This document shows, piece by piece, positions 1-10,934 of a stretch of 64,000 nt of DNA. Position 1 is the stretch's first letter. Every line of letters starts with the position of its first letter. The notes under the pieces were generated by a model. It ran no database searches, was not told where the DNA came from, and worked only from the letters and a program-made list of their open reading frames with translations. The position numbers and the translations under genes are program-made. This stretch comes from an uncultured Acidaminococcales bacterium (GTDB lineage Bacteria; Bacillota; Negativicutes; Acidaminococcales; JAISLQ01): positions 3,821 through 67,820 of the forward strand of contig CAZKFG010000003.1 of NCBI GenBank assembly GCA_964551985.1. The letters run 5' to 3'.

Positions 1-2
1 AG

Positions 3-488
3 CAACCTATTGCATGGCACTTCCCAGCTAGAAATAGAATTATTAGTGGTTTATCTCGTGGTGTTTTGGTTGTCGAAGCAAATGAGAAAAGTGGGTCGTT
101 ACTTACAGCTAATTTTGCTTTGGAAACTGGGCGTGAGGTGTATTGCATTCCAGGAAGTATTTATTCAGCTTCAAGCCGTGGAGTACACAATCTTATAAAG
201 CAAGGCGCTAGTCTTGTTGATAAGCCTGATGATATTTTATCTGATTTGGGTTTTTGTTTTTTAAAGCCTAAAGCAGCTGATGTACAGCAGCCTGTGAGTT
301 TTACCGATGAAGAAAAGGCTGTTTATGATAGTTTGATAGTTGGTCGTGATGTTAGTGTTGATGAAATAATTGAAAATACTGGTTTGGATCAGATTAAAGT
401 GGCTATAGTGCTACTTGATTTAGAAATATCGGGATTTGTAAAATCAAATGCTGGTTTGTATCAGCGTATAGAAAGAGGTCATATTTAG
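3..488 (+). CDS. dprA: DNA-processing protein DprA/Smf, C-terminal part (5' end lies outside the window)
   Basis: The frame is open from the window edge. The translation ...FPARNRIISGLSRGVLVVEANEKSGSLLTANFALETGREVYCIPGS... matches the DprA core. It lies directly upstream of topA, as in B. subtilis smf-topA. Confidence 0.85.
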   Translation, partial: QPIAWHFPARNRIISGLSRGVLVVEANEKSGSLLTANFALETGREVYCIPGSIYSASSRGVHNLIKQGASLVDKPDDILSDLGFCFLKPKAADVQQPVSFTDEEKAVYDSLIVGRDVSVDEIIENTGLDQIKVAIVLLDLEISGFVKSNAGLYQRIERGHI

Positions 489-2623
489 TGTCTAAAAATC
501 TTATAATAGTTGAATCGCCCGCAAAATCAAAGACGATAGAAAAATTTTTAGGCAAAAACTTTATTGTTGTGGCATGTATGGGTCATTTGCGCGATTTGCC
601 TAAAAGTCAGTTTGGTGTTGATTTGGAAAATCAATATCAACCTAAATATATAAATATTCGAAATAAAAGTGCACTTATAAAAGATCTCAAAGCTCAGGCT
701 AAAAAAGCCAATAAAATATACCTTGCGACTGACCCCGATAGAGAAGGAGAGGCTATTGCTTGGCATTTAGCTTTCATTTTGGGTTTAGCGCCTAGTGATA
801 ATTGTAGAATTGTTTTTAACGAAATTACTAAAAATGCTGTTCAAGAGGCTATAAAACATCCACGTAAAATAGATGATAGTATGGTAGATGCCCAGCAAAC
901 AAGGCGAATACTAGATAGGATTGTGGGCTATAAGTTAAGTCCTCTTTTATGGCGTAAAATAAGAAAAGGTCTTAGCGCTGGCAGAGTGCAGTCTGTAGCG
1001 GTAAGGCTTATTTGTGATAGGGAAAAACAAATACAAAATTTTGTTCCTGAAGAATACTGGACTATTTTTGCTAGTCTTAAAGAAAATCAAAAAGATAAGG
1101 CTTTTTTGGCAGAACTTATCAAAAATAATGGTGAGAAAGTCAATATAACCAATGAAAAACAGGCTAAAAGCTTTGAAACAATACTTAAAAAAGCTAAATA
1201 TATTGTAGATAAAGTTGTTTTAAAAGAAAGAATAAGAAAACCATTTGCTCCTTATACTACAAGTAGTATGCAACAAGATTCAGTAAGAAAACTTGGCTTT
1301 ACTACCAAAAAGACTATGATGCTCGCACAACAGCTTTATGAAGGTATTAGTATTGGTGATGGTTATGTCGGTCTTATAACTTATATGCGTACGGACTCTG
1401 TAAGAATTGCTGAAAGTGCGCAAGTAGATGCTAGAGATTTTATTAAAAGTTCTTTTGGCAGTAAATATGCACCATCAAAGCCTCCTGTATATTCTACAAA
1501 AGCGGCAAGCCAAGATGCCCATGAGGCAATAAGACCATCAGATGTTTTAAAAACTCCTGAGAATATGGCGCAATATTTGTCTCGAGATCAATTAAAGTTA
1601 TATAAAATGATTTGGCAAAGATTTTTGGCAAGCCAGATGGCATCTGCCATTTTTGATACTACAACTATTGATATAAAAGCAGATAAGTTAGGACTTAAAG
1701 CCTCTGGTTCGATACTTAAATTTGAAGGCTTTTTAGCTGTTTATGATAAAAAAGATGAAGAAAGCGAAGTTCAAGTTAAAGTGCCTGCGTTAAAAGAGGG
1801 CAGTGAACTTATTTTAGATAAGGTAATGTCACCAGAGCAGCATTTCACTCAGCCACCACCAAGATTTAATGAAGCAAGTCTTGTTAAATATTTAGAAGAG
1901 CACGGCATTGGTAGACCAAGTACTTATGCTCCAACAATAAATACCATTTTAGAACGAGGCTATGTAGAAAAAGAAGACAAAAAGTTTTTGCCAACAGAGC
2001 TCGGCATGCTTGTTGTTGAGCTTTTAGAAGAATATTTTAAAGATATTGTCGATGTTGATTTTTCGGCTAAAATGGAAAAAGAGCTTGATGATATAGCCGA
2101 GGGGCAAAGTGATAAAACAAAAATACTAGATAATTTTTACATACCTTTTGCTAAAGTACTTGCTAATGCAGATGAAAAAATAGGTGTTGTGGAAATAAAA
2201 CCGGAAATTAGTGATGTTAAATGTGAAAAATGTGGGCGTTTTATGGTTATAAAACATGGCAGATTTGGTGATTTTTTAGCGTGTCCTGGATTTCCTGAAT
2301 GTCGAAATGCAAAGCCGATTTTGAAAAAATTGGGTATAAATTGTCCTGTTTGCTCTAGTGAGCTTGTTGAACGCAAAAGTAAACGCGGTAAGAAGTTTTA
2401 TGGATGTGAAAAATATCCTGAATGTAGCTTTGTGACATGGGATAAGCCTACAGACAAAAAATGTGAACAATGTGGTGAATTTTTAGTAGAAAAACATGCT
2501 AGAAATGGTAAAACATATTTAGCTTGTAGTAATGAAAAATGTAAGGATGGTCAAGAAAAAGTTGCTAAACCAAAAACAACCAAACCAAGAAAATCAAGAA
2601 ACGCAAGAACTAAAAAAAGTTAG
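488..2623 (+). CDS. topA: DNA topoisomerase I (type IA) with C-terminal Cys4 zinc fingers and a Lys-rich tail
   Basis: 711 aa. It has the Toprim N-terminus [25 protein letters not shown], the active-site region YMRTDS, and three CxxC...CxxC fingers. The GTG start overlaps the dprA stop (TAGTG). Confidence 0.97.
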   Translation: MSKNLIIVESPAKSKTIEKFLGKNFIVVACMGHLRDLPKSQFGVDLENQYQPKYINIRNKSALIKDLKAQAKKANKIYLATDPDREGEAIAWHLAFILGLAPSDNCRIVFNEITKNAVQEAIKHPRKIDDSMVDAQQTRRILDRIVGYKLSPLLWRKIRKGLSAGRVQSVAVRLICDREKQIQNFVPEEYWTIFASLKENQKDKAFLAELIKNNGEKVNITNEKQAKSFETILKKAKYIVDKVVLKERIRKPFAPYTTSSMQQDSVRKLGFTTKKTMMLAQQLYEGISIGDGYVGLITYMRTDSVRIAESAQVDARDFIKSSFGSKYAPSKPPVYSTKAASQDAHEAIRPSDVLKTPENMAQYLSRDQLKLYKMIWQRFLASQMASAIFDTTTIDIKADKLGLKASGSILKFEGFLAVYDKKDEESEVQVKVPALKEGSELILDKVMSPEQHFTQPPPRFNEASLVKYLEEHGIGRPSTYAPTINTILERGYVEKEDKKFLPTELGMLVVELLEEYFKDIVDVDFSAKMEKELDDIAEGQSDKTKILDNFYIPFAKVLANADEKIGVVEIKPEISDVKCEKCGRFMVIKHGRFGDFLACPGFPECRNAKPILKKLGINCPVCSSELVERKSKRGKKFYGCEKYPECSFVTWDKPTDKKCEQCGEFLVEKHARNGKTYLACSNEKCKDGQEKVAKPKTTKPRKSRNARTKKS

Positions 2624-3917
2624 TATAATTGGCGCAGGGCTTGCAGGCTGTGAGGCTGCTTGGCAGCTTGCCAAAAGACAGGTGCATGTAAAACTTTATG
2701 AAATGAGACCGCAAAAAAGTACCGCTGCGCACAAAACAGATTTGTTTGCTGAACTTGTGTGTAGCAATTCTTTACGTGCAGATAACATTGAAAATGCTGT
2801 TGGACTTTTGAAAAAAGAAATGCAAGAATTAGATTCTTTAATTATTAGAGCTGCAAATGCGACTAAAGTTCCGGCAGGCGGAGCATTGGCTGTTGATAGA
2901 GAATCTTTTTCTAGTTACATAACGAAAGTCTTAAAAGAGCATCCATTTGTTGAATTTATCAATAAGGAAATAACTGATTTAAATGAAGTTGATTTACCAG
3001 TTATTATTGCTACTGGTCCTTTGACTTCAGAAGGACTTAGCCAACAGATAAAAAAAATTGTAAATCAAGATTATTTATATTTTTATGATGCCGCTGCACC
3101 ACTTGTCAGTTATGACAGTATAAATAAAGAAAAAGCATTTTTAGCCTCACGCTATGATAAAGGTGAGGCTGCTTATATTAATTGTCCAATGAATGAAGAA
3201 GAATATAAAAATTTTTATAATGAGCTTAATAATGCTCAAAAAGTCGAGTTGAAAAGCTTTGAAAAAACAACCTTTTTTGAAGGTTGTATGCCGATAGAAG
3301 AAATGGCAAGGCGTGGCGAAGACACAATGCGCTTTGGGCCGTTAAAACCTGTTGGTCTTGTTGACCCTAAAACAGGTAAAGAAGCTTATGCTGTAGTGCA
3401 ACTGCGGCAAGACAATGCAGCAGCGAGTATTTATAATATGGTCGGTTTTCAAACACATTTGAAATTTTCTGAACAAAAAAGAGTTTTTTCTATGATACCA
3501 GGCCTTGAAAAAGCGGAATTTTTGCGGTATGGTGTTATGCATAGAAATACATTTATCAATTCACCAAAAATTCTAGATAATACTTTCTGTTTAAAAGGCA
3601 ATGAGAAAATTTTTTTTGCTGGTCAAATAACAGGTGTGGAAGGATATGTAGAGTCTGCTGCCTCTGGTCTTGTGGCTGGGATAAATACCTACATGCTTAT
3701 ACAAGGTAAGGATAAATTTGTTTTTGATAAAAAAACAGCAATTGGTGCATTGGCAAACTATATTAGTAATAGTGAAATAGATAATTTTCAACCAATGAAT
3801 GTAAATTTTGGTTTGTTTCCAGCACTTGATTTTAAGGTGAAAAAGAAGGATAAAAAAATGGCTTTTGCCAATCGAGCAATGACAATTATTGTTGAAAATA
3901 GGGATTTTTTGTTATAA
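2532..3917 (+). CDS. trmFO: Methylenetetrahydrofolate--tRNA-(uracil-5)-methyltransferase TrmFO (Gid). The start codon is uncertain.
   Basis: It has the FAD-binding motif [16 protein letters not shown] and the conserved body ...VCSNSLR...[16 protein letters not shown]. The only ATG/GTG/TTG starts upstream of the GxGxxG motif lie inside the topA 3' end (2532 or 2547). Confidence 0.9.
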   Translation: MKNVRMVKKKLLNQKQPNQENQETQELKKVSIIGAGLAGCEAAWQLAKRQVHVKLYEMRPQKSTAAHKTDLFAELVCSNSLRADNIENAVGLLKKEMQELDSLIIRAANATKVPAGGALAVDRESFSSYITKVLKEHPFVEFINKEITDLNEVDLPVIIATGPLTSEGLSQQIKKIVNQDYLYFYDAAAPLVSYDSINKEKAFLASRYDKGEAAYINCPMNEEEYKNFYNELNNAQKVELKSFEKTTFFEGCMPIEEMARRGEDTMRFGPLKPVGLVDPKTGKEAYAVVQLRQDNAAASIYNMVGFQTHLKFSEQKRVFSMIPGLEKAEFLRYGVMHRNTFINSPKILDNTFCLKGNEKIFFAGQITGVEGYVESAASGLVAGINTYMLIQGKDKFVFDKKTAIGALANYISNSEIDNFQPMNVNFGLFPALDFKVKKKDKKMAFANRAMTIIVENRDFLL

Positions 3918-3995
3918 GCTATTGTTATATAAAATGTTTTTGTGATACAATTAAATAATTAATAGCTTAACTATGAAATATAGGTTAATAATATT

Positions 3996-4913
3996 ATGAT
4001 TATAGACAAGAAAGATTATATGCAAATAATCAAAGATTTTATAGATTTTTTGCATTTAGAGAAAAATGCTTCGTTACACACAGGGAAAAACTATTGTAAT
4101 GATTTGAAAGACTTTTTTTTGTTTGTTTTTGTAGATAATGTAAAAGAAGTTGATTTTTCTAAATTAACTTCTTTGTATATAAGATCATATTTGGCGTTTT
4201 TAAATGAAGAGAAATATTCTAAGCGCACTATCGCTAGGAAGATATCAGCACTTCGTTCCTTTTGTAATTATTTAGTCAGAGAAGGAAGTCTTAAAGATAA
4301 CCCTTTTTCAAAGGTTAAAACACCAAAGTTGGATAAAAAGTTACCAACTTTTTTACAAGAGATAGAAATACAAGAGATGTTTTGTTTACCTAAAGATGAT
4401 GAACTTGGACAGCGTGATGCTGCTGTTTTGGAACTCTTGTATGCTACCGGATGTAGGGTAGGTGAACTTGTGAGAATAAAAATTCCAGATATTGATTTTT
4501 CCAACAGATATGTTTTATTGTTTGGTAAAGGAAGCAAAGAAAGAATAGTCCCTATAGGTAATAAAGCTGTAAGTGTTGTGAAAAAATATATTACTAACTC
4601 TAGAGCAACTCTTTTACAAAAAAGTAGTATGTTTCATGATAGTCTTTTTGTAAATAGCAGAGGTGGCAAGCTTACAGACCGTAGTGTAAGAAGAATTATA
4701 GAAAAATATATTGATATACTTGCTATTAGTAAAAAAATCAGTCCACATACAATTAGACATACTTTTGCTACTCATCTACTCAATAATGGTGCTGATTTAC
4801 GCTCTGTACAAGAAATGTTGGGACATGCAAATTTATCGACTACTCAGATATACACTCATGTAACAACAGATAAAATGACTAGTGTTTATAAAAACACCCA
4901 TCCTAGAGCGTAA
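3996..4913 (+). CDS. xerC: Tyrosine recombinase XerC/CodV
   Basis: 305 aa. It has the SAM-like N-domain (TIARKISALRSFCNYL) and the catalytic C-domain with R...HTIRHTFATHLL...LGHANLSTTQIYTHV. Confidence 0.92.
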   Translation: MIIDKKDYMQIIKDFIDFLHLEKNASLHTGKNYCNDLKDFFLFVFVDNVKEVDFSKLTSLYIRSYLAFLNEEKYSKRTIARKISALRSFCNYLVREGSLKDNPFSKVKTPKLDKKLPTFLQEIEIQEMFCLPKDDELGQRDAAVLELLYATGCRVGELVRIKIPDIDFSNRYVLLFGKGSKERIVPIGNKAVSVVKKYITNSRATLLQKSSMFHDSLFVNSRGGKLTDRSVRRIIEKYIDILAISKKISPHTIRHTFATHLLNNGADLRSVQEMLGHANLSTTQIYTHVTTDKMTSVYKNTHPRA

Positions 4914-4937
4914 AGCTATAAAAAAGGGGGATATTAT

Positions 4938-5717
4938 ATGCTTAAATCAAACTTGCTTGAAAAAACCAGAAAAATAAGCAAGCTTCTTCAAAAATCTGAT
5001 AATGTCGATTATGATGATGTAGCAAATATTCTTAGTGATACTATAACTTCAAATGTGTATATAGTTTCTAAAGAGGGTAGTCTTTTAGGATGCTCTTTGA
5101 TAGACGATTTTGAGTGTTCTATAATGTTGGAAAAAGTTATAAATTTGAGAAATTTTCCTGAAAGTTATGTAGAGTGGTTGCTGAAAATAATGCAAACAAC
5201 TCAAAACATTGCTCTTAAAAAAAACATGTGCGCTTTTAGTCAAGGGACAGAGTGCATTTTTGGTGATAAATATACAACAATAATTCCTGTTTACGGAAAT
5301 GGTGAGCGAATTGGTACTTTAGTAATTGCTAAATTTGGCGATAAATATGATGATGGAGATTTATTGCTGGCCGAATATGGCGCGACTGTTGTTGGTGTTG
5401 AAATATTACGCGAGAGAACAGAAAAAATAGAAGAGTTGGCGAGAAAAAAAGCGACGGTACAGGTTGCATTGGCAACACTTTCTTATTCAGAGCTAGAGGC
5501 AATGAATAATATTTTAAAAGAGCTAAATGGAAAAGAAGGGTTGCTTGTAGCAAGTAAAATTGCTGATAGAGCAGGTATAACAAGGTCTGTTATTGTCAAT
5601 GCACTGAGAAAATTTGAAAGTGCTGGTGTAATTGAATCTAAATCTTTGGGCATGAAGGGAACTTATATAAAGATTTTGAATGATTTATTGTTAGAAGAGT
5701 TAAAAGCCGCTCAATAG
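4938..5717 (+). CDS. codY: GTP/BCAA-sensing pleiotropic transcriptional repressor CodY
   Basis: 259 aa. It has a GAF-like N-domain and a C-terminal wHTH (ASKIADRAGITRSVIVNALRKFESAGVIESKSLGMKGTYIKILN). Its position before the fla/che operon matches B. subtilis. Confidence 0.96.
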   Translation: MLKSNLLEKTRKISKLLQKSDNVDYDDVANILSDTITSNVYIVSKEGSLLGCSLIDDFECSIMLEKVINLRNFPESYVEWLLKIMQTTQNIALKKNMCAFSQGTECIFGDKYTTIIPVYGNGERIGTLVIAKFGDKYDDGDLLLAEYGATVVGVEILRERTEKIEELARKKATVQVALATLSYSELEAMNNILKELNGKEGLLVASKIADRAGITRSVIVNALRKFESAGVIESKSLGMKGTYIKILNDLLLEELKAAQ

Positions 5718-5755
5718 ACTTTTGTTTTTTGCATAGATAAAAGTGTAAATAGTCT

Positions 5756-5784
5756 TTTACATATTGAGTTTATTATGATATTAT
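5756..5784 (+). promoter_or_regulatory. Candidate sigmaA promoter of the fla/che operon (-35 TTTACA, 17-nt spacer, extended -10 TGaTATTAT)
   Basis: The hexamers were read directly from the sequence at 5756-5761 and 5776-5784, about 65 nt upstream of flgB. There is no experimental support. Confidence 0.35.
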
Positions 5785-5847
5785 AAATATATACGTGCTT
5801 TAATAATATTTGTTTTTAAATATACAATAATTTTGGAGGTGTTTTTA

Positions 5848-6303
5848 TTGCTTGATTTTTTAACTAATACACCAAATATTAAAACCTTAGAAAGTGCTTT
5901 AAAAGTTTCTAATTTAAGGCATCAAGTCATAACAAACAATATTGCCAACATTGATACTCCATTTTTTAAACGTAGTGAAGTGGAATTTGAATCCTATTTG
6001 AAAGCTTATTTAGATGAAGCGGAAGGAAAAACTACCAAACAAATTCCTTTTGATAATAAGCTTGACTTAGATATTACAAATACTCGTCATATTAGTAACA
6101 ATAAAAAAGAAAATATAGATACAGCCCCATTTTTGGGTGCGACTATCAATACTATTGATAACCAAACTATGAGAACTGATGGCAATAATGTTGATATTGA
6201 TATAGAAATGGCTAATATGGCTAAAAATACTATTTACTATCAGGCGATAGCACAACGTGTAGGTAGTTATTTTAATGGTCTTCGTGATGTTATTCAAAAA
6301 TAA
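5848..6303 (+). CDS. flgB: Flagellar basal-body rod protein FlgB
   Basis: The rod-protein N-terminal motif NLRHQVITNNIANIDTPFFKR is present. A TTG at 5848 sits 8 nt after GGAGG (5835-5839). The ORF track starts at an upstream in-frame TTG (5833) that overlaps the SD. Confidence 0.9.
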   Translation: MLDFLTNTPNIKTLESALKVSNLRHQVITNNIANIDTPFFKRSEVEFESYLKAYLDEAEGKTTKQIPFDNKLDLDITNTRHISNNKKENIDTAPFLGATINTIDNQTMRTDGNNVDIDIEMANMAKNTIYYQAIAQRVGSYFNGLRDVIQK

Positions 6304-6317
6304 GGAGTGTGTTGTAA

Positions 6318-6752
6318 ATGGGTATGTTCACAGCAATAGATGCTGCTGGCTCTGGTATGACTGCAGAGAGATTACGACTTGATGTTATATCGAACAATCT
6401 TGCAAATGTAAATACAACAAGGACTAAAGAAGGTGGTCCATACCGCAGGCAAATTGTTGTTTATACTCCACGTGATGAATATAATACTTTTGCGCAGATG
6501 TTATCACAAAAATTAGAAGCTGGTAAAGGTGTAAGAGTTGTTGGCATAACAGAAGATAATAGCCCAACGCCTATGATATACGACCCTTCGCATCCAGATG
6601 CTGATGCTAAAGGGTATGTTCATATGCCTAATGTTAATGTTGTTGCAGAAATGGTAGACATGATAACAGCTACTCGTTCTTATGAAGCCAATGTAGCTTC
6701 GATTTCTTCTGCAAAAGCAATGGCATTGAAAGCACTAGAAATAGGACGTTAG
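6318..6752 (+). CDS. flgC: Flagellar basal-body rod protein FlgC
   Basis: 144 aa. It has MTAERLRLDVISNNLANVNTTRT and the C-terminal EMVDMITATRSYEANV rod signature. Confidence 0.95.
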   Translation: MGMFTAIDAAGSGMTAERLRLDVISNNLANVNTTRTKEGGPYRRQIVVYTPRDEYNTFAQMLSQKLEAGKGVRVVGITEDNSPTPMIYDPSHPDADAKGYVHMPNVNVVAEMVDMITATRSYEANVASISSAKAMALKALEIGR

Positions 6753-6774
6753 AAAATATTTGGAGGCATTAGTA

Positions 6775-7080
6775 ATGAAAATTGATGGAGTTTTAAGCAC
6801 TGCCATTAGTAAAGTTCCTTTTTTTGACAAAAATTTAGATGCTGGTAACAACCCAGAAGACAAAAGTTTTTCTGATATGCTTGGTGCTGCAATACAAGAT
6901 GTAAATCAATTGCAAAAACAATCGCAGAGAAAAAATATTGATTTGGTAGCAGGTAGGGTAGATGACATATCAGAAGTTATGATAGCAGCAGAAAAAGCTT
7001 CTTTAGCACTACAACTTACTACACAAGTTAGAAATAAAGTCGTAGAATCTTATCAAGAAATAATGCGTATGCAAATGTAA
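6775..7080 (+). CDS. fliE: Flagellar hook-basal body complex protein FliE
   Basis: The ATG at 6775 follows GGAGG (6762-6766). The C-terminal motif VMIAAEKASLALQLTTQVRNKVVESYQEIMRMQM is typical of FliE. Confidence 0.9.
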   Translation: MKIDGVLSTAISKVPFFDKNLDAGNNPEDKSFSDMLGAAIQDVNQLQKQSQRKNIDLVAGRVDDISEVMIAAEKASLALQLTTQVRNKVVESYQEIMRMQM

Positions 7081-7126
7081 TTTAAGTAGATGATTTGTTA
7101 TTTATACTTTTGAAAGGATGTAGAAT

Positions 7127-8779
7127 ATGGCCGAGCTTAAAGAGCAGTTTCTGCATTTTTGGGACAAGATTAGTAAGCAGCAAAAGATTTTTCTCGGTTC
7201 GGGATTAATTGCAGTTTTTGTAGCTATTTTAGGGTGGAGCTATTGGTTTGGGGCGAAAGCAGAATATGTTCCATTGTATACTAGATTAGAAACCAAAGAT
7301 GCAGCAGATATAGTATCTAAACTCAAAGAAAACAAAGTAACATATGAAGTAGCAGATAACGGTTCGTCTATTTTAGTGCCGCAAAAAAGCGTATATCAAG
7401 TAAGGATGGATTTGGCATCACAAGGATTGCCTAAAGGAAAAAAAGGCTTTGAAATTTTTGAAGAGAGCAAATTTGGGACAACAGAGTTTCAAAATAAAGT
7501 GAATTATCTTCAGGCGTTACAAAGTGAATTAGCAAGAACCATTGAGCAAATTCAAGAAGTTGAATCAGCAAGGGTTCATATTGTCATGCCTGAAGATAGC
7601 ATTTACAAAAAAAATGAAAAACCAGCTAGTGCTTCTGTAATGTTACAACTTCGTTCCAATAGTTCTTTGAATAGACAACAAATAACAGGTATTGTCAATC
7701 TTGTGTCACATAGTGTTCAAGGTCTAAAACCAGATAATATAACAATAATAGATGGTTTTGCTAAAGTTTTAAACTTACCAGAAGAAGAACCTAGAAAAGA
7801 AGGCTTAAATGAAAAAGATAGTAACGCTGAAGCAAGTAAAATGTCGAAATTTTATTTTACTTTAACACGTGAAATTCAATCGGAAATTCAGGAGAACGTA
7901 CAAACACTGCTGGATAACTCACTTGGAGAGAAAAAAGCAGTGGCGCGTGTTAATGTAGAACTTAACTTTGATCGTCGTCTTATTGATAGACAAATATTTG
8001 AACCTACAGCAGAAGATAGAGGAATATTAAGAAGCGCTCAAGATATAACAGAAACATATCAAGGTACAAATGCTCAACCAGGTGGACCACCTGGTACAAC
8101 TTCTAACATACCAGGTTATCCAGCTGGGCAACAAGGTCAATCTAATTATGAGAAAAAAGAATCTACTAAAAATTATGAAATAAGTGAAATAAAAGAAAAA
8201 ATTATTCAACAACCAGTAGCGATAAAAAGAGTCACTGTGGCAGTTTTTATTGATGAAACATTAAATCAAGCGCAACAAGATGGTATAGCTAGAGTTGTTG
8301 CTTCAGCAGCTGGTTTTAACGAAGCTAGAGGCGATTTAGTTTCTGTAGAGCGAGTTCCATTTAATGCTACTACACAAGTTAATGTACAAGCACAACAACA
8401 AGAACAACTAATTCGTTATGCGACCTATGGTGTACCAGTATTATTACTAGTACTTGCAGGAATTGCTTGGTTTATTTATTCAAGACGTAAGCAACAAGCA
8501 GCTATTTTAGCTGAACAACAAGCAAAACAAGAAAGAGAAAGAATAGAAAAAGAAGAGCAAGAGCGGCTTGCTATGCTACAAGCGCAAGCTAATGAATTGG
8601 ATGATGAAGAATTTGAAGATGAAGAAGATGAAGAATTGCGTTTATCAATGGATAGAGAATTAACACAAGCAGAAAAAGAAGTAGCTGCTAAAAAGGCGGT
8701 TATTGAAGAATGGGCAGAGAAACAACCAGATGATTTTACACTTACACTGCGTACATGGTTAAATGATGATGCCCAATAA
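7127..8779 (+). CDS. fliF: Flagellar MS-ring protein FliF
   Basis: 550 aa. It has an N-terminal TM, a YscJ/FliF domain (LYTRLETKDAADIVSKL...), a second TM near the C-terminus, and an acidic FliG-binding tail. Confidence 0.95.
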   Translation: MAELKEQFLHFWDKISKQQKIFLGSGLIAVFVAILGWSYWFGAKAEYVPLYTRLETKDAADIVSKLKENKVTYEVADNGSSILVPQKSVYQVRMDLASQGLPKGKKGFEIFEESKFGTTEFQNKVNYLQALQSELARTIEQIQEVESARVHIVMPEDSIYKKNEKPASASVMLQLRSNSSLNRQQITGIVNLVSHSVQGLKPDNITIIDGFAKVLNLPEEEPRKEGLNEKDSNAEASKMSKFYFTLTREIQSEIQENVQTLLDNSLGEKKAVARVNVELNFDRRLIDRQIFEPTAEDRGILRSAQDITETYQGTNAQPGGPPGTTSNIPGYPAGQQGQSNYEKKESTKNYEISEIKEKIIQQPVAIKRVTVAVFIDETLNQAQQDGIARVVASAAGFNEARGDLVSVERVPFNATTQVNVQAQQQEQLIRYATYGVPVLLLVLAGIAWFIYSRRKQQAAILAEQQAKQERERIEKEEQERLAMLQAQANELDDEEFEDEEDEELRLSMDRELTQAEKEVAAKKAVIEEWAEKQPDDFTLTLRTWLNDDAQ

Positions 8780-8800
8780 ACTGGGTGTGTGGAGGTTTTT

Positions 8801-9814
8801 ATGAGTACTTTAGCAAGAGATTTAAGTGGCAAACAAAAAGCAGCTATTTTATTAATAACATTAGGTCAAGAAATTTCCTCTAATGTAATGAAAAATCTTA
8901 AAGAGGACGAAATAGAAAAACTTACTTTAGAAATAGCCAACCAAAGAAAAGTATCACAAGAACTAAAAGATGAAATAATAAGCGATTTTTATGAACTGTG
9001 TTTAGCAAGAGATTACATGTCAAGCGGTGGTTTGGATTATGCTAGAGAAGTACTAGAAAAAGCACTGGGACCTGAAAAAGCTATTAGTATAATTACAAGG
9101 CTTACATCCAGCCTACAAATAAGACCATTTGACTGTATTCGTAACACCGATCCTACACAATTACTAAACTTTATACAAAATGAACATCCACAAACATTGG
9201 CTTTGATAGTTGCCTACTTGCAACCAGATAAAGCGGCGATGATAATTTCTTCACTAGCTCCTGAAGTGCAGGCTGATGTTGTAAAACGTATAGCTAATAT
9301 GGATAGAACATCACCAGATGTAATAAGAGATGTAGAGAGAATTTTGGAACGTAAAATATCCACAATGTCTACTCAAGACTTTACAACAGCTGGCGGCTTA
9401 GAATCTGTTGTAGAATTGATAAATCGTGTTGACCGTACAACAGAACGTACAATTATTGAAAACCTTGAAGTGCAAGAGCCAGAATTGGCAGAAGAAATCA
9501 AAAAACGTATGTTTGTATTCGAAGATATTGTTATGCTTGATGATAGATCGCTACAAATGGTGCTTCGTGAAATTGAGACAAAAGACCTTAGTTTGGCACT
9601 TAAAGGCGTATCTGATGAAGTTAGCAACAAGATATTTAAAAATATGTCAAAAAGAGCTTCTGAAATGCTTAGAGAAGAAATTGATTTTATGGGACCTGTT
9701 CGCATTAGAGATGTAGAAGAAGCTCAACAAAAAGTGGTTAATGTAATTCGTCGATTGGAAGAAAGCGGTGAAATTGTTATTTCAAGAGGTAAAGGGGACG
9801 AAGTAATTGCCTAA
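8801..9814 (+). CDS. fliG: Flagellar motor switch protein FliG
   Basis: Sequence features are LSGKQKAAILLITLG, the EHPQTLALIVAYL ARM repeat, and the C-terminal torque helix region MSKRASEMLREEIDFMGPVRIRDVEEAQQ. The ATG at 8801 follows GGAGG. Confidence 0.96.
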   Translation: MSTLARDLSGKQKAAILLITLGQEISSNVMKNLKEDEIEKLTLEIANQRKVSQELKDEIISDFYELCLARDYMSSGGLDYAREVLEKALGPEKAISIITRLTSSLQIRPFDCIRNTDPTQLLNFIQNEHPQTLALIVAYLQPDKAAMIISSLAPEVQADVVKRIANMDRTSPDVIRDVERILERKISTMSTQDFTTAGGLESVVELINRVDRTTERTIIENLEVQEPELAEEIKKRMFVFEDIVMLDDRSLQMVLREIETKDLSLALKGVSDEVSNKIFKNMSKRASEMLREEIDFMGPVRIRDVEEAQQKVVNVIRRLEESGEIVISRGKGDEVIA

Positions 9815-10934
9815 TGTTATTAAATCAAATTCAGTCTTAGAAGATAATAAAAATTTTATTATTAATTTACCAGAAGATTTTTTTTCTCAAGAAGACGAGC
9901 AAGCACCTTCTGATGACGATTTTGGTTTTTATAAAAACATAGATATTGACAATAACGACGATGAATCAGATTATAAAAGATATTTCTTTGTAAAAGAAAA
10001 CGAATGTGAAACAGAGACAAATAAAGACTTAAAAATAGAGCTGGAATTAGAACCAACACAGCCTCTACCAACAGAAGAAGACCTTTTGCAGGAAAAAATT
10101 GATCAAGCTAACCAAAAAGCGGATGAAATTATTGAACTTGCGACTCAAAGGGCGCAAGTTATTAAACAACAAATAGAAAAAGAACTAGCTTTGTCTGAAG
10201 AAAAAATCAATATAGCAAAATCAATGGCTAATAACATTATTGATGAGGCTAATAAAAAAGCTCAAAATATTATCAATGAAGCTAACAAAACGGCTGAAGA
10301 TACCTTAGAACAAGCGAAAACAAATGGCTATAGCGATGGAGAGAGACAAGGTAGAGAAGCTGGCAACAAAGAAGGCTTTGAAATAGGAAAACAAGAGGGT
10401 TTTGACAAAGGCTATAGTGAAGGCGAAAGAAAAGGATTCATACAAGGACAAGAAACAGGAAAACAAGAAGGTCTGCAAGAGATAAAAAATCAAATGGAAG
10501 AGGAAATAGAACAAGCAACGCAAAAAGCTAAAGATATTTTATTGCAATCAGAAATCGATTATAAGAAAAAATTAGATTCGATGAATGAAAAAATTGTAGA
10601 TTTAGTAATGAGCGTTGCAAGCAGAGTTTTAAATAAACAAATAGATGAAAATCCGTTTTTAATTTTGCAAATGGTTAAAGAAGCTGCAAAAAAAGTTATT
10701 GAGCAACCTAGACTGTTTATAAACATTAATTCACAAAATTATGATATAGTATTTGCCTCTTGTAATGAAATCAAAAAAGAACTTGGCAGTAAACAGGAGC
10801 TATCGGTTGTAGTTGACAACTCACTTGGTTTAGCTGATGTTGTTATAACAACTGGTGGTAGTGGTGATGTTGATGCTAGACTAGAGACACAAATGAATCA
10901 AGTTCGCAAGGCAATAGAAGCGGTGATTATATAA
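9807..10934 (+). CDS. fliH: Flagellar export ATPase regulator FliH (long form)
   Basis: 375 aa. It has a coiled-coil centre with Gly-repeat segments (GYSDGERQGREAGNKEGFEIGKQEGFDKGYSEGERKGF) and a FliH C-domain. It lies between fliG and fliI. The TTG start overlaps the fliG stop. Confidence 0.85.
   Translation: MPNVIKSNSVLEDNKNFIINLPEDFFSQEDEQAPSDDDFGFYKNIDIDNNDDESDYKRYFFVKENECETETNKDLKIELELEPTQPLPTEEDLLQEKIDQANQKADEIIELATQRAQVIKQQIEKELALSEEKINIAKSMANNIIDEANKKAQNIINEANKTAEDTLEQAKTNGYSDGERQGREAGNKEGFEIGKQEGFDKGYSEGERKGFIQGQETGKQEGLQEIKNQMEEEIEQATQKAKDILLQSEIDYKKKLDSMNEKIVDLVMSVASRVLNKQIDENPFLILQMVKEAAKKVIEQPRLFININSQNYDIVFASCNEIKKELGSKQELSVVVDNSLGLADVVITTGGSGDVDARLETQMNQVRKAIEAVII

Noticed and set aside
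5140-5170. AATTTTCCTGAAAGTT, reminiscent of the CodY box AATTTTCWGAAAATT
   Set aside because: It has an extra base that breaks the palindrome spacing, and it lies within the codY coding sequence. I found no clean CodY box in the flgB upstream region.
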